Source: Trichoplax adhaerens (lineage: Eukaryota > Animalia > Placozoa). From it: a stretch of DNA of 64,000 bases. Location: NCBI RefSeq assembly GCF_000150275.1, contig NW_002060952.1, forward strand, positions 1,168,452 to 1,232,451, in the 5' to 3' direction. Shown here piece after piece: positions 51,313-64,000 of the stretch. Positions within the stretch are counted from its first letter, which is position 1. Every line of letters starts with the position of its first letter. A program made the position numbers and the translations under genes. The notes under the pieces are model-generated. The model was not told the DNA's origin. It saw nothing but the letters and a program-made list of their open reading frames with translations, and searched no databases.

Positions 51313-54300
51313 CTGATTTAAATTTACTTAAGTCAAGTTTTTTATGTAAGTCTGATTATATATAGTAATTAAGTGGCCTGTTTAGGGTATTTGCACTGCT
51401 TATGCTACTCATTTCTAATTTGATAAAAACTAATTTAAGTCATCACCGTCTACTCCTAATCGAATATACGCGTATCTTTAATAAATAAAAATCAACAAGA
51501 ATTATTGATTACACCCTACATCTTTAATAGACACTAAAACACAGCTCACTATATCTCAAACATCTCCGTCACTGTTGGAACTGAATAACAAATTAACCTA
51601 CATCATCACAGTGAAACGATACTGTAATAAGAGTGTCTCACAATAACTGTCTTAGTCAAAGGGTATTTTCTAAAAGGCTTTTATTACAAGGTTGTAGGAA
51701 TAGTAGAGCAATAATTGATTGCTACAAGAATCTAGTCGAAAATCTAAAGTATTTCGAGCTCAAAGCGAAAAGAAATCTCTTCTCTCTCGTGATCTCATCT
51801 CTGCAGTTCTTAAATACATTTTGCTAGATCCATTTATGACAAATTAATCAATCTACAATCAGACTTGAGTCATCAAATAGAATACTTTTCTCAAGTAGAA
51901 CACCATTATCTTCTACAATCTAAATCATTCTGCTTAAGATATCACTAGTCTTCTATTACCGCCCAGCACCTTTCAGTGTTAAGCATCTTCACAGTTGCAG
52001 TGTTTCTAGTCACATAAATCATGTACCATAATTAGTCAACTGGCTGATATTAGTCATCAACAGTTTCTAATATAGCAGTTATCAATCATCTAATATTAGC
52101 TTCACGATAATATCTATTCTTAGCAACCTAACTATATCAAGTATAGCTATTAACACAATCAAATATATCTATGCTAATAATCAAATATGGGGTACATCAC
52201 TACAGATACCATGATAGTACAGCATTGCAAATGTAATAGCAAAGGTGAGGCTATTCCCTCACGTTTTCGGATCTAGCTATCAGCTGGCTACTTCAACAAC
52301 ATAAGGCTACTTTCTGATGACCTTTTATCAGCAAGATTGGACCCTATATACAGCAGGAAAAGATAATCGCTTATGTTGTACAAGCATAAATTCATCCAAT
52401 ACCACAACATATTTTAGCAGATTCAGCGTTTAGTAGCATCATTTATAAAGAAGCATACAATATATAAAAATATTAAGCCAGAAATCAATTAAAAAGTAGC
52501 ATAAATTCATAGACACACACACATATATATACTCATACTTTCGTATATATTGTGTATATTATACGCAGAAATACTTCAGCTGTGATCACACTATCGGCAC
52601 TTTACGACACGTAACCTTTCTAATTGGAAGTGAATCAAAGTTACGATAGGGATCAAAAGGTAGCATTCTTAGGTAAAGTGTACGACAAATCTATTATGTT
52701 TTTATTATTGTGTTGTTAACTTTATTAATGTGTAAGCTTTCTATTAAGGATCTTTCTTTTCTATTTCATCTGCGTATTTCAGAATAAGTGAAGTATAACA
52801 GACTTATTCTTGTATGAAGGAATAGCGTTGTATATTAATGATAATGGAGAAAGACTAAATCAAGCATCATAAGCAACATATTATGTAGCTTAGGGCAGTA
52901 TTTAAGCAACTTAAATCTTATTGCCGTCAGATAAAATTAAAACTTCAAGAATAAGAATGCGTATGATATTTGGATATATCTAGTTTTTATCTCCTTGGAT
53001 TATACCAAACAAAAGTATTATCGTACAACTGATAATAAGATAGTAGCACTAAAGTGCTATTACATTTTATTAATATCCATTGATGGTCGGATGCCATTAA
53101 TAAGTGACCGAAGTATTCCCGTATAATGCTATTATGGAAGTAGACCTATTATTCTAGTAGATAGATTAACCTATTATAACCTTTATCATTTGGCATTTAT
53201 TCGATCACAATTAATTTTTGTTAGCATATACACGATTATTATAGAAATTATAAAACATATGTATTCTTACATGGCTATGATAATGAACGATTCACTTTTC
53301 GCTCAAATTCTTCGATCTCATTAAAATCTGAACTGTAACCACTAAGTCTATCATTTAATCGATTCAAATTAGGTTCTGTACTTGTTCCACATACAAATAT
53401 CTCTTGAAAAAGCGTATGCTCATACGGTCGCATTAGAAAATTAATTAACAAAATATCGTGATGGCTTAAAATGATTTAAAAAAGTAAACGCTCAGGAAAC
53501 CTGCTATCAAGATTCAATCTAGGTTATTTAATAACATAATGTCTGAATAATTCTAATGGCAAATAATCCTTGTATACTTTATAAAATGCGAACAAGCTCT
53601 ACGTTGATAAAATGATAGAATAACAATTATGTTAGCTAATAAATATTAACAAAGATTGATTTTTATAGCCTTGTCAAGTTAGTATTTATATCATAGTTAA
53701 TAATTTCAAAAGGCCCAAGCTTGAAAACGTTACCAAGATCCTCTTGAAGAAATTATCGAGCCGTATTATAAAAATAAGCGAAGTTACATTTCTTAGCTCT
53801 TCCATTCATTTATTATATCGTATTAGCTTTTTAAAAGTAGGCTAAGTTCTCAAGATTGACTAATCTGTCGTTAAAAGTAGCCGTAACGTAGTAGTGTTTA
53901 TAACGCGCTGTTATGACCCATAATATATACCCAAGAACGGTATTACTACATCTTGTTGCAGAGATTGGTACTTGAATAACTTCATAGTGATAAAATCAAA
54001 CTCAAAATTATTTAAAATTAATTTACTACTACCTTTACTAACTTTTCCCTAGTTAATTATTTTCTGTATTTCCTACGCTAATGTTAGTAACAATAAATAT
54101 AATGCAGAATTTTTTATTCGTGTTAAGTATGTAAGTAGTATTGCTCTTATATATTTTTCAAAATAATTATTAATGCACAGCATATTCAACAAAATCATTC
54201 TGGAGTATTACTGTGATAGTAGCATAAAATATAATGTAGTGACAGTAAATACTTACTAATACACCCCCACCATGAACCATTACCACTCGATATTTCTGAA

Positions 54301-56412
54301 AATGTAAGAATGGATTATTTTCGATAGTCTTACTGTCATACACTTAATATGCAGATGTTGCGTTTTAGTGTAAGTATAATAAAGATCATTGATGTTAAAT
54401 GTATGTGAAAGTCTATGAAATTGATCTCACATTATTGTTTATAGGCCTCGATGTAACTATCAAGACTTTGTACTCTACAAAATTACCATAATGATTCAAG
54501 AAGGATTATTGCAAGTATTGTAGATTCCTGAATGTATACCTCGTATTAGATGGTGACCTTTTACCTTTACTGAGATCATTTCAAAAGTCATTGTTTGGCT
54601 ATAAATGTTTCGGTCTATCGAATTTGATTCCAAGAGTGGCAAGTTTTATATAAAATGATTGTGGAATCGATAGCTGGAACATAATTGTTCGCTCGACGGT
54701 AATAAAATTAGTTCTACATCTCGTCAACGCTATTCACGACAGTAGGATTCGTCACTATAGGCAACCGATATTAATGGTATTGCCAGTGTGCATTAAACTG
54801 TTTGGCTCGGCTATTAAATTCAACATCCAACACTTTCTTATTAAAATCCGTTAAAGTATTAGTAAGATAATTTTAAATTATTTTAATCTAAAATGTACAT
54901 GACGAAGTTAGTAATTACGTGTCATTAACTATATACAGTACTATGTAATGGAATTCGATGCTTGAAAAAACAATTTACTTAATTTTAGAATTTTTAGTAA
55001 CAAAGCCCTGTATTACAATACCCTTTATCCTATCGCACGAGTCTATATACTAGTTGCCTTGTGTCTTATTCTAGGTTCAATGTTAATCAAAATATTCGTA
55101 AACAAAAGAATAATAAAAATTAATAACACAGTTAATGCAACATGGAGTAATCAATATAGCCCAAAACAGCTTTAGAAATCTATATCCTAATAATACTCAC
55201 CATGTTAAAATAATATTTTATATATGATTCAATTTATAATCAAATCCTATATCTAATTTCACACATAAAATAAGAAGTTCACAGAATTATTTTCCACGCT
55301 TTAGTACGTATGAGAACAAAAAATGGTAAAATCATCGTATTGGAGATAAACAAAATTAATAAAAATAAACTAAGTTTCCAATCTATCCTACACTAATATT
55401 TGAAATTCCTTATCGGCAGTTTCTGATTAATGCAAAGAATAAAATATTTCCATTTAAAAACTATTCCAATATGAATTGGATGGCACATAGGTAAATATTG
55501 TTGTTTGTAGTATATGCAAGATATCGTTTGATTAACTTTTTATCGGCTTCCATAGATCAACTCGACATGCGAACTAATTAGCTTCTTGGCTAAGGATTGG
55601 AAATAGATCGAAGCTCACGTCATCTTCGACTCTTCTTTTACTCCTACTATTTAGCAAATACTTTGTAGGCTTAGGCTGTCATTAATTCCTTTTAAGAAAC
55701 GAAATACATATCATCCTATATTTGATATGTTAATAATGTGATATTGTTACTTATATAACCAAATAAACTTATTTCTATTTCGTAAGATGAATCTTATCTT
55801 TTATTTATAAATCTAGAAATAATTAATTAAAACTTCTCAATATCGACTTATTATTATGCATCAATTACGATATTGAATGAGTAGTTTCGTACTGTGACAC
55901 CATCGGTCTCTTTCCTACCAAATAGATGGCATAGTAGATGCTATATATAACAAGCAGGATGATTTATACAGATTAGAACAAATAAAATTTTGATCAGCTG
56001 CCGTTGGTCGAACTAAATTACCTCAATCACATACGTATATGATAATGATAATGGCTGATCGAGCTTCTTCATAGAATAGCTTAAATTGAAACTTGAATTA
56101 GTACCCATCAGCAGTATTATAATTTAATGTTATTGTCTCATCCACTTTGTCTATTTCTTTTTTCTTTCTGAAACATATACAACATATACGGTATGTATAT
56201 GAAGTAGAGTACAAGTATAAAAGGTGATAATTTTTCTTTTTGGAAACATAAGCGATAGCTTTGGTACATTAGGGGAACTTAAATTTGATAGTATCAAACG
56301 TTTTTCTTCTCGGAGTATACCATTTCGTACATCCAATTTCTTAAACAATCATCTGTGAACTATTTAGAATTACAAAATATTCGCAATCGGCTTCGTTCCC
56401 ATTAAAGATACA

Positions 56413-57447
56413 ATGAATAATAGTGTTGTACTTAACTACACCGCCAAATATTTCATCAATTCTGGCAATATCAATTTAACCTTCGGTCTCATTGGTTGTA
56501 TCTTGAACGGATTTGTTTGTTACATTATTGGTACTCATAAAAGCCTTCGTCAACCATTTAATTACTTAATATTAAATCTAGCTATATCAGATTTCCTAGT
56601 TTCACTAGCAGTAGCATCAAATAGCATATTAAATTATGTAGCCAGTAGGCATACAGGCCAATTGTTTAATATTATTGATGCAATGAATATCTCATGTAAG
56701 TTCATCATTTTCTGCTGTTTATCATCGTTCTCTTCTACAAGCCTAACCCTACTTGCTATTAGTGTTGAACGCTGTCAGTGTATTACTGCTAAATACAAAT
56801 ATAAAATGAAAATATCTACCGCAAGAAAAGCAATTATCTTGATATGGTTTTTAGCTATTTCATCATCCACTACTTTAGCATATTACGGAAAAGCCGAAAG
56901 GGAAATTGGTTACGACTGCTGTTTTGATCGAATAAAAACCTTATGGCTTTTAATACTTGGTCTTACACTATCAATAGTAACAGCAATATTGCCTATCGCA
57001 TTTATGTCAGTTCTCTACATTTATGTTGCATATAAACTTTATGTAAAATTACAACTATCTAATGAGAGTAATGCTGGTTTTACGGAAAAACGTCGAAAAT
57101 ATTTACGCCGAAGTATTACAGTCATAATTATTATTTCTGTCTTTACATTCACTACTGGATTGCCATTTCTGTTATTACATACAATAGTTATCATAGGACA
57201 TAATAAGACCTTTGGATCATTTCAGCTACATGATAATTTTCTGGGAGGAACAGCTTCGTTCTTGTTCCTTCTATCGCCTATTTTAAATCCTTTGCTGTAT
57301 AACCTAGCAAGTAGTCCATTTCGAAAGGTTATTTTATCTTACCTTCCGCTCTTTCGCAACCATTCGTCCAAATCCATGAAGGGCCAAGCTCTAAAGGTAC
57401 AGTTTATTGGACAACTGAATAATATTACAGATTTACAGAAGATTTAA
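56413..57447 (+). CDS. Intronless class A GPCR, 344 aa (subfamily D)
   Basis: 7TM; NLAISD, SCKF, SVERC (ERY variant), YDCC, LP..Y, NPLLY, PFRK. Confidence 0.93.
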   Translation: MNNSVVLNYTAKYFINSGNINLTFGLIGCILNGFVCYIIGTHKSLRQPFNYLILNLAISDFLVSLAVASNSILNYVASRHTGQLFNIIDAMNISCKFIIFCCLSSFSSTSLTLLAISVERCQCITAKYKYKMKISTARKAIILIWFLAISSSTTLAYYGKAEREIGYDCCFDRIKTLWLLILGLTLSIVTAILPIAFMSVLYIYVAYKLYVKLQLSNESNAGFTEKRRKYLRRSITVIIIISVFTFTTGLPFLLLHTIVIIGHNKTFGSFQLHDNFLGGTASFLFLLSPILNPLLYNLASSPFRKVILSYLPLFRNHSSKSMKGQALKVQFIGQLNNITDLQKI

Positions 57448-60400
57448 AATTGATACCGCTTATTGACAAAATTAATCAACGTTCGATGAAACAAAGACAA
57501 ACGCTGATATGGCTAACCTTGGTAGTAGAAAGAGAGATTATTAATAAGGCTATTCTTGTGTGGACGAAGGGTTTCGTTATGTTTCCATTGATCAAAATTT
57601 TCGTTTAATTCGCAGAAGAAAGGACGATATCATTGAAACTCTATTGCCTTTTTATTTACAATATTACAAGGTGGTGCTGACTGAAATCAATCAATTGAAG
57701 AATAATGTTACAAATATTGTTATTAAAATGGTATATTCATACCGATACAAAAATGAAGAGTTTTATATTTTTCATCTAATGGGTATTTCTTTAACCTGAT
57801 AGTGAAAGATCCAATTTTACTAATTTCGATTGCTGCGAGAGCTGGTAAAAGATTTCAAATATGGATTTGGAATATAGATCACTACTCGTTTTTTCATTTA
57901 AATCCTTTAAGATCATTAAAATTTTAGATACGTTAGACAAGTAATACGCTAAAATTGCATAAATTGGCTTTTTCCATTACCTATTTATAACTTACCTACC
58001 TAATAATATACATTAGTCAGGTAGTCGTGTGATGAACTAATTCATACCATGAACAGCAACATTTCGATCGAGGACAGGTGTATTCAAGGTTAGCACATTA
58101 CGTCAAACACTATTTCAGGAATGATATTAATTTACATTCAATAGGATCCTTCGAACCATTTACAGCAAGTGCATAATTAAGAACAGATGGAACAATGAAA
58201 TAAAAGTACGATAATTATGAATATTTGGGCTACATTAATACACCAATATTATATTTCTCGAGATTATTTCGACCTACAGCTGTAATGAGATAACGATAAG
58301 CACACAATTTGATCACTGCTAAAAAATCACTGATGGAACTCAGGGGATAGCGCTTAAGACGAAATATGCGAATCATCTTTCGCGAAGCCATCCACAATTT
58401 GCCATAATATTCTGATTTTCATTGCTTATTTTAAAAAAATTCATGACTAAGTTATGAAAGAAAACAATCTAAGCTAGAAAAACTTTCAATTTCAGTATTA
58501 CTAGAAACTAAGTTATTAGTATTTATTACAAAGACCGATACTGGATTAAATGGAGGCAATATGATAGGTATATGAAAATTAAATGGAATAAAGTCGATTT
58601 AAATCAGATTGCAATCTGTTTTAGCATCTATTTCTTAATATTACTTAATAGCCTAGAAACTTACGCAGTGAGACAAGTTTCGGTTCTAAAGGAGAACTCA
58701 AAACTAGTCGTAATAAAATAAGGTCAAGATTTTGTTCACTTTGATAGTCCCTACTAACTTCTAAATGTAAAAATAAGAGTCTATTTCATTTGCCAATTCC
58801 TGCTCAGGGAAGAAAAGTTTAAGAAAATCTTCGTTCAGCTTTTATAACAATAGCAAAGGAAACCTTAAAAATCTTCTAGATCAATCCCATTTTGATAAAG
58901 TATAGAGCTTCTGGGTTTGCATACACTAGTGCTTAATGTTCATGACTTCAGTTAATAGAGGTAAAATTAATCAGCAATTGATCACTATCATTCAAATGAT
59001 TATCATTATAAGAAATTTTGTTTACATCCAGGAAAGTAAGCAGTATACAAAATTATCATATACGAGATAGTTTGCTTATGAGACAGTTAGCTTTTAATTG
59101 ATTTAATACATATTAATACGCCAATAAGCAATTACTGAATTCAAGTAAATTGCTTTTAGCACCCATTATTAATCACCTATACTATTTAATTGATTATTTG
59201 TTAGGTAGTAATGAGCTACTTAGGTATTTAATTCTTAATCTGTAAAAGTTTATGTTCTACCAAGATGTTTATGGTGAATGATGTTATAAACGTAGCATAA
59301 ATAAAATCTCTATCTATCTCTGCAAGGCTCATCTTATAATTTACTTATAAATGTGAAAAGAATTATTTAAAAGTCTCACATAATATTATTTTCATTAAAT
59401 GCAATCTTTGGATGAATCCTATGTAAATATAAATGGGCGTTTAACTTGTGGTAACTGTAAACTTAGTCTAGCCCTTTACGTGATCTCATGAATGGAACCA
59501 ATTATCGATTAAGAAGTTGATTAATTTTTTGCATGTCAGTACCAACCGAAATAATAATTATTGTTTTGGCCTATATAGCAATTTAATATCGTTATTTCAT
59601 GTCCAATATACTTTTCTCTCTAATTCCACCCCTCTTCCTATATGCACATAACTGACCAGTATAAATAATGCTTGAATCAGTCCTTTGCAATAATATAGTA
59701 TCTACTAGTAGTATAAAGCTGAAATTTTGAGATTCTCGGCAAAATAAGCTTCCATTGTTGTCAGGTGTCACAGATTTGAGCATTTATCTGACATAAATTA
59801 GGTTTGTTCTTATAACATTTCAATCTTACACCAATATTAATAATACCCTGATAGCCATCTATGTCACATTGCCTAATAAAATGCTATATTCGCTTAGCCA
59901 TTCATAAACCGTGATACATAGTTCCCTTTTCTACGCGATGTCTATCCGTGTTTAGAGTACCCGCAATAAATAGGGCTTAGTGTGCAATATTTGCATACCA
60001 TGCCGAAGAATATTTAATACAGAATCATAATAGGATTTCTGATAATGAAATCTTATAGTAATCTGCTTGTTAGTAGAACGCAATACTTTAACCCATATAC
60101 GTATACTAAGTTCATAAAAGCAATAACGCTCCAAATAACTGATAAGATCTACTTCATTTCTAAGGATTACTTTGATATGAAATCAACTGAATATTTTTAA
60201 AAATCCCTCATAGTTATCTCATAATAGTATTAGATGACAGATTTTGTGCTTTCTTAAAATTAAAAATTTGTAAAGGCTAATTTTATCTATTAAATTAATG
60301 CGTGTGCTCACAAACCGGAGATTTTTAATACTATCGTAGTTATGGATACAGTTGATGAAATGATCAATTATGGGCTAGCGGCAGTTTTAAATGAACTCTT

Positions 60401-60623
60401 TGTTACATCGTCGAAATAAAAACTTAAATGATACAAATTCATTCCGGATCGGAAATTATTTCAAATAAAGTCAAGAAACCTAATATTTTGTGTAAATAAT
60501 TATCTTACTTCAAGTGAAATCTGATCCCTAAATTAGGACATACACTCAGTCTTGGTCCATTAATATTTTGATACTTTCGATAGCATCCATCAATATTGAG
60601 AAAGATAGCCGTCATGATGCTGG

Positions 60624-60960
60624 TGTAGGAAAATAGTTTCTAAGTAAGATGGTAACACCAGACTTGAACGGACTAGCAATGTTAAAGATAATACAATTAG
60701 GCGTTAGGATAGTGTAGTACTGCTAGTGAATAATGTTAGAGACCATAGCTGTAGCCTTAAGTGAGAATGCAAGGCACCTTTTAGGAGGGAGTTCGGTCTG
60801 AGATCTAGCTGTTTACAAGTTACTTGATCAAAGTTTGTTATTGTAACGTTCAGCAATAGTATTGAGTACCGGTACTTAATATACTACTTTATCCACTGCA
60901 TTCGGGAACAAATTATAGAGTGATTATATCAAGGTGGGATAGATTTAGTACTTTATTACA
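60624..60960 (+). mobile_element. Solo-LTR-like element (337 bp), related to family 4
   Basis: TGTA...TACA; exact TSD GCTGG (60619-60623 / 60961-60965); both ends resemble 31486-32033 (tgtag.aaa.tag ... ctttattaca). Confidence 0.85.
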
Positions 60961-63270
60961 GCTGGATAAGCAGATTTCACTATCAATGCACGATAGTTGG
61001 TGAAACCATCAAATACGGCATTCTTCTGTCAATCTTCAAAACAACAATAAATTTTCAGATTGTTTTAACTCGAGATTTGGATTAGCTATGCAATGAATAA
61101 TTGGACGACAGCTAATGTGTTTTGTTACAGAATTAGAGATAAAATATTAATTCATTTCGGTATCATTTGTAAAGACTGATACTAAATTGCATAAATTTAA
61201 ACAGAAACAAAATATAATCTCTCAATGCTACGTGTCAAGTTTGGTTTTTCTTATAATATTGCAGTATATTTTCCCCCAATATTACGGAAGCGGAAGCGAA
61301 GATTCTTTAGCGAACTGCGGTTATTGTACAGAATTTTATTGTATCAGATTATCTATCTGATTCATTTTTCATTTAAACACTTAATCATGTTGTTAAGAAC
61401 TGCCTGAAAAGAAAATCTTCGCTTCGTTACCGTGGTAACGGAAAACAAATTATCGTTTTACTCATAAATAAAACTAAATTTAACAACTAGCGTTTAAATC
61501 TTCTAGTTGATCACTTACTTGTCCATGTTTATAATTAATATTCGCTGCGCCTGATTAACATAACGACTAAACATACTAAGGATTTCCCTAGCATTATTAG
61601 ATAAGCTTGAGAATTGGCCAAGGTTTAGAACCCTTAGAGAACCTACTACAAGTTATAACCTTTCATGTGACTACTATCGCAAGAATTAGACGTTAGACAT
61701 ATAGACGATAGACGAGCAAATATTGATATATTACAAAAAGATAGCTTCGTTGACTTTTAATTAGCTTCATCAATCCTTATAAGAAATACGTCCATTTTCA
61801 AGTAAAAGTCAAAGTAATTAGTTATTTATATCGTAATTGATTTCTATTCCATCTAATTAACCAACACTATAATAATACAGAGCTACTGTGTATTTCCTTG
61901 GAGGAGAAGTTTAAATTATATATCTTTCAAATAATTATATTCAAGGTATCAAATACTCATTCCTGGCGCTACCAAAATAAAATTTTGCCCAATTTTTACG
62001 TAATCCATTCAATATTAAAATAACTTTATGAACGTGCGCACCTGTAATTCATGTTGTAAGATACTGTAATTTACTGTAAATTACAGGAAACTGACACAAA
62101 TTTACAAAGTTGTTCAAATACATCTATTTTAATTAATGTTATAATTTCCTGTAGTTCGAATCAGATCATTGCAACAACTAATCTCAATACTTATATTGTT
62201 ACTTTATTTCTGAATATCGTAAGGAAATGGTAACGAAGCAGCAGTCAAATGCTATAGCTTTTAAAGTATAACTAAGTACATTCTTGTGTCCCTTCAAAAT
62301 AATCTTATTCTGCTAGCGCCAAACTTTATCAAGTAGTATATACTTAGTAATACTAATAGTTAAAGCATTGATCTATATAGAATTAAGCTAAAAAATTTTA
62401 GGGGATGAATACTTCGCTCGTAAAACGGGTGGTGTATCGAGTAAATCTTAAAATTTACTATATAAATCCAAGAAGTAGCTAATTAAGCCTTAAAAATTTA
62501 TTTTAAAATCTGGAAACTAATCAGCTAAAGTTTCACAATATTGTCTACCTATTCTACATTAATTACGATCTTAAATAGGCATTGTGGTATCGGACTACGT
62601 ATCTTATGTCATATTTCTTCTAAATAGCGAGGTAGATGCTGTATCCAAAGAATGGAATTCTCAAAGAATCGAAAAATAAAAAACTTTGATCAACTACTAT
62701 AAATTAAACTAAATTATGTCAGCCTTATATAATTCATTGTATACGCCGACAGTTAATTAAATATTTTTATAATGCAATAGTTGACCTATTGTTTAAAGGC
62801 AGTAGGCAGCAGAAGAATGTTAAAGTATCAATATAAATCTGTATATGAACAGAAATTTATGTTTAATTTATCGTAATATTCTAGCAGATGTATAATTTAA
62901 TAGAATAGATTTGATATAATGTTAATTAACGGCTGATTGAATTTCTCTACAAGATATTATAAATTGCGTTACAAAGTAATACTTGGAATACCATTGTAAT
63001 TTAATATTATTGTCTCTTTCTTCAATGTATTTCAAACTTTCCTCAAGAGATTCCAGTAAATTCATGTAAATGTACAAAAATAGAACATTATTTCCATTTT
63101 GACCACAAGTAATGCATCCGATTTATTATAGAAATTAGAATTTTACAGCCTTAAAAGTTTTTCACCTTTCTGGTCTTACGACTCAGCGTCAAACATCATA
63201 GGCTACTGTCAAGAAGTTATCTTAAATCACGATTTACCATCTGCTTGATTCCCATTGAACATACAGTACA

Positions 63271-64000
63271 ATGAATAATAGTGTTAACTACACCGCCGAA
63301 TATTTCAGCAATTCTGGCAATATTAATTTAATCTTCGGTCTTCTTGGCTGTATCTTGAACGGATTTGTCTGCTATATTATTGGCACTCATCGAAGCCTTC
63401 GCCAGCCATTTAATTACTTAATATTAAATCTAGCTATATCAGATTTTCTAGTTTCGCTAGCAGTAACATTGAATAGTATTTTAAATTACGTGGCTAGTCG
63501 GTATGTAGACAAATTGTTTAGTATTGTCCATACGATGAATATCTCATGTAAGTTCATCATTTTCTGCAGTGTATCATCTTTCTCTTCAACAACTCTAACG
63601 CTACTTGCTATTAGTGTCGAACGTTATCTATGCTTTACCGCTGAACACCAACATAAAATGCGACTATCAACTACACGAAAAGTACTTCTTTTAATATGGT
63701 TCTTGGCTCTTTCATCTTCCGTTATTTTAGCATATTATGGAAGAGCAGATAAGGAAATTGGTTATGACTGCTGCTTTGGTCGAATAAAAAATTTATGGCT
63801 TTTAATTTTATGTATTACGCTATCCATACTAATAACAATATTGCCTATCTTAATGATGTCACTTCTCTACATCCAAATTGGTTATAGGCTTCAAACTCAA
63901 TTACAAATTTCTACTGATTTGGGTGATGCTAATCTTATCAGAAATCGTAAAAAATATTTGCGTCAAAGTGTTATAGCCATAATTATTATTTCTGTCTTCA
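63271..64000 (+). CDS. Class A GPCR (subfamily D), partial, runs off the window end
   Basis: Open frame MNNSVNYTAEYFSNSGNINLIFGLLGCILN...NLAISD...SVERYLC... paralogous to 56413; missing from the ORF track because no stop lies in the window. Confidence 0.9.
   Translation, partial: MNNSVNYTAEYFSNSGNINLIFGLLGCILNGFVCYIIGTHRSLRQPFNYLILNLAISDFLVSLAVTLNSILNYVASRYVDKLFSIVHTMNISCKFIIFCSVSSFSSTTLTLLAISVERYLCFTAEHQHKMRLSTTRKVLLLIWFLALSSSVILAYYGRADKEIGYDCCFGRIKNLWLLILCITLSILITILPILMMSLLYIQIGYRLQTQLQISTDLGDANLIRNRKKYLRQSVIAIIIISVF

Noticed and set aside
26105-61407. Numerous 60-103 aa intergenic ORFs (26105, 26250, 27622, 31066, 31907, 38652, 42870, 43744, 44882, 51633, 57560, 59592, 59952, 61225)
   Set aside because: Short, often non-ATG starts, several inside LTRs, no recognisable motifs; expected by chance.
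1-64000. CRISPR arrays, tRNA/rRNA genes, opsin or named receptor assignments
   Set aside because: No regular repeat-spacer array or RNA gene motifs seen; TM7 lacks the retinal-binding lysine, and no receptor is recognisable as a named orthologue, so no gene symbols are given.

Overview
AT-rich eukaryotic (animal) scaffold region with three N-gaps. It holds a tandem array of 15 intronless class A (rhodopsin-like) GPCR loci: 8 complete ORFs, 1 ORF running off the window end, 1 copy broken only by a 1-bp homopolymer frameshift, and 5 clear pseudogenes. They fall into local subfamilies that arose by duplication of 3-5 kb units including their flanks. The receptors are short (311-356 aa), have tiny N-termini, keep NLSxSD, ERY and NPxxY, and all lack the TM6 CWxP tryptophan, so the array looks like a chemoreceptor-style birth-and-death cluster. 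Composition and receptor style resemble a placozoan (Trichoplax-like) genome, which is my inference. The intergenic DNA is full of short TG...CA elements, 8 of them with exact 5-bp target-site duplications, which I interpret as solo LTRs of several families (some nested, some next to receptor start or stop codons). There is also a decayed Ty3/Gypsy RNase H fragment that replaces the 5' end of one receptor. Other signals are a CDS-limited gene-conversion tract, microhomology-mediated deletions, repeated independent C-tail truncations, conserved putative 5'-UTR introns, and a strongly C-depleted repeat relic. I found no RNA genes or CRISPR arrays. All alignments and counts were done by eye.
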